Part shown: positions 58,651 to 64,000 of the stretch, piece after piece
Numbering within the stretch: position 1 is the stretch's first letter
Layout: the number at the start of each line of letters is the position of its first letter
DNA from: a virus
Strand: one strand, 5' to 3'
IMG/VR virus record: IMGVR_UViG_3300037225_001468
Location: 1 to 64,000 of that record
DNA length: 64,000 nucleotides
Notes under the pieces: model-generated
Database searches by the model: none
Seen by the model: only the letters and a program-made list of their open reading frames with translations
What the model was told of the DNA's origin: nothing
Made by a program: the position numbers and the translations under genes

Positions 58651-59162
58651 TAAAAGTTTTGATAGTTGATGTAGATGGCGTATTGAGCGATGGAAAGTAT
58701 TATATCTCATCGTCCGGCGAAGTGATGAAGTCTTTTTACACAAGAGATTTTGATGCTTTAAGAAGGATACAAGAACTTGGGGTTATTGTTGTTATTTTAA
58801 GCCAAGCTAAAGATGATTGTATGTGGCAAAAGTTTTGGCAACTTAATTTAGAGAGTAAAAAGAAAATGTATGTTTTTAGTGAGGTAAAAAATAAATTAGA
58901 AAAAGTTGAAAATATTCTTGAAAATTGGGACCTAAAATGGGAGAATGTTGCGTATGTTGGTGATGCCGAAAACGATTTAGAATGTATGAAAAAAGCATTT
59001 TTGTCATTTTGTCCTAATGATGCTATAGAGAAAGTTAAAGAGGAAGCTAATTTAATATCTAATAAAGATGGTGGGTGTGGTGTAGTGTATGATATATTTT
59101 GTAGAACATGCGATGAGAATTATGGTGCCTTTTGTGATTATGGAGATATGACAAATGATTAA
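58647..59162 (+). CDS. kdsC: KdsC/YrbI-family HAD phosphatase (KDO8P/KDN9P-type)
   Basis: DVDGVLSDG, K.F..RD, AYVGD..NDL, P.DA, GG.G.V. Confidence 0.88.
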   Translation: MIKVLIVDVDGVLSDGKYYISSSGEVMKSFYTRDFDALRRIQELGVIVVILSQAKDDCMWQKFWQLNLESKKKMYVFSEVKNKLEKVENILENWDLKWENVAYVGDAENDLECMKKAFLSFCPNDAIEKVKEEANLISNKDGGCGVVYDIFCRTCDENYGAFCDYGDMTND

Positions 59163-59673
59163 ATTGAGAGATTGGCAGAAGGTTGTTCTTGATGAAATAG
59201 ATAAACATGATGAAATAGTTGATTCTGAACTTTATTCTTCTATGTCTGATTTAGAAATAAATAATAGAACAAGTATAAAGGTTAAGTTTCCTAAAGGTGC
59301 AGGTCATACTTTTTTAACAGCATATTTAGCAAGTCAAAAATATAATACTTTATTTATTTATTCTGATACAGATCATCTAAAAGAAATTCAACACTATAAA
59401 GAAGACATTCGTTCTAGCAGAAGTAAGGAAGAGATGAGTTCTGCTATTAAAGAGGTTGTAAATGATGGTTTATCTTTGTATGAAATATATTATGCTGTAA
59501 ATCATGCTAATATGGTTAATCCCACAGAGAAACCAATAGTCACATTAGCTTCTGTGAAGGCGAAAATATCAGGAAAAGATATCATTGTAATTGATAAGAC
59601 TTCTTCGTTGCCTACTATTGTAGAAAGTTTTATTTTCAATGTAGCAACAGGAACTATTGTTCTTTTAGGTTAA
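59155..59673 (+). CDS. Hypothetical protein, possibly degenerate P-loop NTPase
   Basis: LRDWQ, FPKGAGHT (Walker A-like, K>H), IIVID. Confidence 0.4.
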   Translation: MIKLRDWQKVVLDEIDKHDEIVDSELYSSMSDLEINNRTSIKVKFPKGAGHTFLTAYLASQKYNTLFIYSDTDHLKEIQHYKEDIRSSRSKEEMSSAIKEVVNDGLSLYEIYYAVNHANMVNPTEKPIVTLASVKAKISGKDIIVIDKTSSLPTIVESFIFNVATGTIVLLG

Positions 59674-59687
59674 ATAGAGAAACAAAA

Positions 59688-59936
59688 ATGACTAATGATG
59701 AATTTGAAAAAGATTGGAGAAGTTATTCTATTGAATGTGATGATGGAGTAATAATTTGTTTGAAGGATAAGATGATGATTTGTTGGGGAACTGTTGAGGA
59801 CGGATTATTTTTTGATACTGGAGGAGAACAGGGGAGTCCCGCCTACCTCCTTAAAGTTGAAGGTAATGATCTTTTTCAAAAAGATAATGATGAAAAATGG
59901 GAAAAACTTGGCAAACTAGTGAAAACCAGCATATAA
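59688..59936 (+). CDS. Hypothetical protein
   Basis: 82-aa ORF. Confidence 0.6.
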   Translation: MTNDEFEKDWRSYSIECDDGVIICLKDKMMICWGTVEDGLFFDTGGEQGSPAYLLKVEGNDLFQKDNDEKWEKLGKLVKTSI

Positions 59937-59939
59937 TAT

Positions 59940-59991
59940 ACAAAATGCTATTTAAGGAAAGAGAGGTGGCAAATTTCAGAATTCACCGTTG
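59940..59991 (+). repeat. Left copy of 52-bp imperfect direct repeat flanking the homing endonuclease
   Basis: 45/52 ungapped identity to 60866-60917. Confidence 0.9.
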
Positions 59992-60033
59992 GTCGCGCGA
60001 AATATTTAATGATTTAGTAAATAAAAGAAGGAC

Positions 60034-60062
60034 TTGTCATGTAGTTGAAGTATAAGTAGAAT
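60034..60062 (+). promoter_or_regulatory. Sigma70-type promoter for the homing endonuclease
   Basis: TTGTCA (60034-39), 17 nt, TAGAAT (60057-62); the ATG at 60069 falls at the expected +1. Confidence 0.55.
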
Positions 60063-60881
60063 ATGAATATGAAAAAGTTTAATAAAAGTAAAAAGTGGCT
60101 AGAAAAAGAATATTGTATTAAAAGAAATAAACTTGAGGATATCGCTGAAAAAATAGGAGTAGATAGAACAACTATTTTTAATTGGACAAAAACATTTGGT
60201 CTTAAAAGACAAAAAATAGTTCCAGAAGTGGCAAATAGTAGAAAATATTCTGTAAATGAAGAATACTTTAATAAAATAGATACTGAAGAAAAAGCTTATT
60301 GGTTAGGATTTATTGCGGCAGATGGATGTGTTCAGTGTAGAAAAAGTAAAACTCTTCTTTCTGTAGAATTAGCAAAAAAGGATGAAGATCACTTGATAAA
60401 ACTAAAAAACGCTATAGAATATACCGGTCCTCTTCATCAGAGAAAGGCAAAAAACGGCAAGGGATCAAGCTGTTGCTTACAGGTATCAAGTATGAAAATG
60501 GTTCCTGATTTAATGAGACACGGAATAGTTGAAAGAAAATCTAAAATCTTACAACCTCCCTTTATGATAAATAAAGAGTTTTATAGACATTGGATTAGGG
60601 GATTTTTTGATGGAGATGGGTCCATAAGTTTATGTAAAGATGGTAGAATTAAAGGTGAATTCTTTTCAGGGTCAAAAAATATTATTGAGTTTATAGTTAA
60701 AGAATTTTTCCCGTTAAATATTTTTTTGACATTAGATATTTATACGTCAAAAAATTGTCTTGGATTTCATAAAAGTTTTTCTGGAAAATATAGAATAAAT
60801 CAACTACATAAGACAATGTATGATAATGCAACTGTTTATTTAGATAGAAAAAAGAAAATATTTGAACAAAATGTTATTTAA
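60063..60881 (+). mobile_element. Free-standing double-motif LAGLIDADG homing endonuclease with N-terminal HTH
   Basis: IAEKIGVDRTTI..W (HTH); AYWLGFIAADG and HWIRGFFDGDG; YL.RK near the end. Confidence 0.9.
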
Positions 60882-60917
60882 TGAAAGAGAGGTGGACAAT
60901 TAGTGAATTCACCGTTG
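60866..60917 (+). repeat. Right copy of 52-bp imperfect direct repeat
   Basis: Covers the endonuclease stop, the SD GAGGTG and the first codons of the DUF1257 gene. Confidence 0.9.
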
Positions 60918-61300
60918 TAAATATAGAGTTAGACGACCAGGAGTGTCTTGTAAAATCTCTTGAAGAAATGGGATATAAGCCAGAAATTCATGAAGAGGCA
61001 AAAAACCTTTACGGATATCATGGAGATAAAAGAGTGCAAAAGGCTCATGTTATTGTTCCAAGATCACAAGTAGGTTCAGCCTCTAATGATGTTGGTTTTG
61101 AAAAAAATAATAATGGCAAGTTTACTATGCACCTTTCAGAATATGATCGTCATGTTTTTAAGACAGATAAATTAAAGCAATTATATGCCAAGCATAGAGT
61201 AAATCAGTTTGTGAAAAAAAATGCCGGTAAGTATTCTCATAAAACTACCAAAGTAGATAAAGATGGAACTATTAGAATTCGTTTAACTAGATTTGGATAA
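60881..61300 (+). CDS. DUF1257 (Ycf35-like) protein; probable true start ATT at 60899
   Basis: SEFTVV.IE..D...L.K.L.EMG, LYGYHGD.R, ASNDVGF, L.Q.YA, DGTIRI. Confidence 0.75.
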   Translation: MKERWTISEFTVVNIELDDQECLVKSLEEMGYKPEIHEEAKNLYGYHGDKRVQKAHVIVPRSQVGSASNDVGFEKNNNGKFTMHLSEYDRHVFKTDKLKQLYAKHRVNQFVKKNAGKYSHKTTKVDKDGTIRIRLTRFG

Positions 61301-61308
61301 GGATAAAT

Positions 61309-61914
61309 ATGCCAAAAACAAAAGATCAAAAAAGAAATACATTAAAAAGGGCAAAAGACTTTCAAAAAAGGCACTATTTTAATGAACTAAAAAATAGTAT
61401 TTTAACTTTTAATAATCCTATTTTATCTCAGGTGTCACAAGATGTGGCAAAAGAAGATAATTTAGATTTTATTGAAAAAATGAAAAAGGTATTATTTGTT
61501 AGTGAGAAAGGGGTGGGTTTAGCTGCTCCGCAGATAGGTGTATTAAAGAAAGTTATTGTTTTAGACCCGAAAAAAGAAAATAAAATTAAAGTAATGATAA
61601 ATCCAAGAATAACAGAAATATCTCAAGAGACCAATAATGTTTCTGAAGGATGTTTATCTTATCCTGATATTTATGTTCCAGTTGATAGAGCGAATAAAAT
61701 TAAAGTAGAATATTTTACTACTTTATTTGAGAAGAAAGAAGAAGAGTTTATTGGGTTTGAAGCAAGAATAATTCAGCATGAAGTTGATCACTTGATAGGG
61801 GTTTGCTTGGTAGGGGAAGTGTGGAAAGAAAGTAAAGAAAAAGGTTTGCCAGTAGAAGAAATAATTAGAATAAGAAAAGAAGAAATAGAAAAAGCCGAAT
61901 TAAGTATGAAATAA
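61309..61914 (+). CDS. def: Peptide deformylase
   Basis: GVGLAAPQIG, INP, EGCLS, QHEVDHL.G. Confidence 0.95.
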   Translation: MPKTKDQKRNTLKRAKDFQKRHYFNELKNSILTFNNPILSQVSQDVAKEDNLDFIEKMKKVLFVSEKGVGLAAPQIGVLKKVIVLDPKKENKIKVMINPRITEISQETNNVSEGCLSYPDIYVPVDRANKIKVEYFTTLFEKKEEEFIGFEARIIQHEVDHLIGVCLVGEVWKESKEKGLPVEEIIRIRKEEIEKAELSMK

Positions 61915-61925
61915 GGAGAAAAAAG

Positions 61926-62117
61926 ATGAAGAAACAAGTGTTTATTAGTGTTCATGGATTATCTAAAAGCTTTGAGAGAGATGTTGCGTTTGATTTTGTT
62001 CGTGGTATTTTAGATTTAGAAGAAAAATATGAAGTATATTTTAATATAAGTTTTCCAGAGATGTCTAAACAAGAAATTTATGATATGGCAGATGAAATGC
62101 CTATTGATATCTATTAG
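61926..62117 (+). CDS. Hypothetical protein
   Basis: 63 aa, AAGGAG SD. Confidence 0.65.
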   Translation: MKKQVFISVHGLSKSFERDVAFDFVRGILDLEEKYEVYFNISFPEMSKQEIYDMADEMPIDIY

Positions 62118-62132
62118 CAAAAGGAGAAGAAA

Positions 62133-62456
62133 ATGAAGAAACAAATGTTATTAAAAGGAAATTATATACATCAAGATGAAGATTTTTTAACGCAAACAAA
62201 TATTGTGACGCAAGTTCAGATAGAAGATGAAGAAGGTATGTGTTTAGTGAATACTAAAGCAATTGGCGAGATAGGTTTTAGTCCTAATTGGAGCTCTGAG
62301 AGTTTGCGCGGATATCATCAAAGTTCTGGTGTTCCAGATGGAATGACATTATCTATGGATAATGCTAAGAAAATGTGGAGTTGTCGGCTTCCTGAGAATG
62401 GAGCAATTTTCTTTTTTGAAACTAAACAAGAAAGAGATGATTTTATCGGAGAATAA
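62133..62456 (+). CDS. Hypothetical protein
   Basis: 107 aa, AAGGAG SD. Confidence 0.65.
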   Translation: MKKQMLLKGNYIHQDEDFLTQTNIVTQVQIEDEEGMCLVNTKAIGEIGFSPNWSSESLRGYHQSSGVPDGMTLSMDNAKKMWSCRLPENGAIFFFETKQERDDFIGE

Positions 62457-62461
62457 AAGGT

Positions 62462-63133
62462 ATGGTAGAACTTCCTAAAACACCATTAGATCTATATAAT
62501 TTATTTCTTGCGCAAAAAAATAAATTATATGATTATTCTTGGCTCTATGAAACTATCCGGCCACACTGTAAGTTTAAGAAAATACCAGGTCTTCAGCATT
62601 GTGGACCAAGAAGAATAATTCAAGTTCCATCTGAATTTACTAAGTTTTTATTGTGGATGAATGATAAAAAAATAAAGAGTTATTTAGAAATAGGTATATC
62701 TACAGGTGGTTCTTTTTTTACGACAGACGCTTATTTAAGAAATGTAAATGAAGAATATCAGTATTCTTATGGTCTTGATATAAGAGAAAAATGCGGAGGC
62801 TATATTGAATATAATTCAAAGTTTTCTACCTGTCAATTCGTAAAAGGAACAAGCCAAGAAGTAAAACATATAGATTTCTTTTTTGATTTATGTTTTATTG
62901 ATGCTAATCATACGGAAAAATGTTCTTTAGAAGATTTTGATATCGTTAAAGAAAGATGTAAATATGTTGCTTTTCATGATATTGTTTTAGATATTGATGA
63001 AAAGTATTTTGGTAAAAGAAAAAGTTCGACTGTGTTTAAGACTTGGAATAAATTAAAAGAAAAGTATAATTTTGTTGAGTTTATTGATAAAAGTTTGCCA
63101 GAAACTTGTGGTATCGGTATAATAGAGATGTGA
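62462..63133 (+). CDS. Class I SAM methyltransferase (Methyltransf_24-like)
   Basis: YLEIG...GGS, DLCFIDANHT, AFHDI, GIGII. Confidence 0.8.
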   Translation: MVELPKTPLDLYNLFLAQKNKLYDYSWLYETIRPHCKFKKIPGLQHCGPRRIIQVPSEFTKFLLWMNDKKIKSYLEIGISTGGSFFTTDAYLRNVNEEYQYSYGLDIREKCGGYIEYNSKFSTCQFVKGTSQEVKHIDFFFDLCFIDANHTEKCSLEDFDIVKERCKYVAFHDIVLDIDEKYFGKRKSSTVFKTWNKLKEKYNFVEFIDKSLPETCGIGIIEM

Positions 63134-63144
63134 AAGGAATAAAA

Positions 63145-63468
63145 ATGACCATATTTACTGAAGGAAAAGAAGTGTCAGAACCTAAAGTGGGAGAGTATTT
63201 AATTGAAGCAGAGCATAGACATTGTAATAGTATATGTGTTCAGGTTACGGAAGTAAATGGAAAAAACTTTAAGGGCAAATTGCTTGATATTTATGATCCT
63301 CATTTTGAACAATACGTGACAATAGGAAAAACCTATAGCTTTAATAGGTGGAAAGATGGAGATAATATTTGGCATGTTCCAGATAAAGAACTAAATAGGG
63401 GTTGTGGTCCGTCTCAGCTTTTATTATATTCATGGCCAGAAGGCTATTCTTTTGATTTGGATTGTTGA
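63145..63468 (+). CDS. Hypothetical protein
   Basis: Start ATG 63145 after AAGGA. Confidence 0.6.
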   Translation: MTIFTEGKEVSEPKVGEYLIEAEHRHCNSICVQVTEVNGKNFKGKLLDIYDPHFEQYVTIGKTYSFNRWKDGDNIWHVPDKELNRGCGPSQLLLYSWPEGYSFDLDC

Positions 63469-63761
63469 GAATACATTTTATGGATAAGATCTCTGATTGC
63501 GTAATAGCGTGGTATGTTTCTTCTGAGAGGTTTCGTTTTTCTTATAGTAAAGATGAGTGGACAGAATTAGTATATAATATGTTAGTGGAGAATAAAACTA
63601 TTCAAGAACTTTGGGATTGTCTTAAACTGGAGGCCAAGGCTACGCAGAAAGATTTAGATGAGATAGATATAAATAATAATCCTAAAGATTTGTTTGTAAA
63701 AGCATATGGTTTATCACTTGATGTTTATCTTAAAGAAGGAATATCTCTATGTCACAAATAA
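63462..63761 (+). CDS. Hypothetical protein
   Basis: 99-aa ORF. Confidence 0.55.
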   Translation: MLRIHFMDKISDCVIAWYVSSERFRFSYSKDEWTELVYNMLVENKTIQELWDCLKLEAKATQKDLDEIDINNNPKDLFVKAYGLSLDVYLKEGISLCHK

Positions 63762-64000
63762 CTGGATTATATCGAGATATTGTTAGTGGTAAAAGTTATT
63801 TTGTTTTTGCTACGGCAAGACATACAGAAACAGGTGAAGATTTGGTTGCATACAAGGACGAATATGAACAATATTATGTTCAACCTAAAAAAATATTTAA
63901 TGAAGATATTTGCTATAATGGAAAGTGGAGTAAAAGATTTGAATTATTTAAGATAGTCAGAGAAGGACATATTTCTTTCAAAGATATGATGGCTGATTAA
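63749..64000 (+). CDS. DUF1653-family protein
   Basis: G.YR...GK.Y.V...A.HTETGE.LV.Y, YV.P...F, RF. Confidence 0.7.
   Translation: MSQITGLYRDIVSGKSYFVFATARHTETGEDLVAYKDEYEQYYVQPKKIFNEDICYNGKWSKRFELFKIVREGHISFKDMMAD

Noticed and set aside
59940-60917. IS/transposon with target-site duplication
   Set aside because: No transposase or terminal inverted repeats; the repeat is long, imperfect and synonymously recoded.
62462-63133. C-terminal GIGIIEM as an eighth copy of the shared tag
   Set aside because: It is the normal last beta-strand of this methyltransferase family and has no charged linker; it shows that loose matches can arise by chance.
1-64000. Stop-codon reassignment
   Set aside because: Code 11 gives long, tightly packed ORFs with complete domains. 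The dnaE break is not a single read-through stop, because a whole gene and non-homologous tails intervene.

Overview
AT-rich, gene-dense window, almost entirely + strand (only neuB is on -), that reads as part of a large (jumbo-type) tailed-phage genome in the standard bacterial code. 1-22070 is a virion-structural block: a poly-Ser protein running off the left edge, a probable hub/tail protein, two paralogous fibre-like proteins and a 2559-aa vWA/LamG/FN3/Kelch protein. 22100-24183 holds two glycosyltransferases. About 24-54 kb is a replication/recombination/host-takeover block: SF2 helicase, two orphan DNA methyltransferases, IF3, Ycf46-type AAA ATPase, DnaC-like, DnaB, primase, DnaE, ClpP, SSB, RecA, Cas4-like nuclease, SpoVS and UvrD. 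54-64 kb holds a nonulosonic-acid pathway, a LAGLIDADG homing endonuclease, DUF1257, peptide deformylase and small ORFs. Main observations: (1) DnaE is split through its palm active site into two genes with an intact clpP between them, no intein motifs, and a degenerate duplicated palm segment on the C-half; (2) the primase is also split, with its two halves about 11 kb apart; (3) seven otherwise unrelated proteins end in the same [FYL]-x-x-[IL]-[DE]-[IFVL] C-terminal tag; (4) NeuB/KdsC/NeuA/Maf-type genes occur together with a poly-Ser virion protein, suggesting virion glycosylation; (5) a 52-bp imperfect direct repeat flanks the homing endonuclease, duplicates the 5' end of the DUF1257 gene and points to an ATT start codon; (6) a vWA domain is interrupted by roughly 1900 aa. 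All family calls come from motif recognition by eye; no searches were run. No tRNA, rRNA or CRISPR array was seen.
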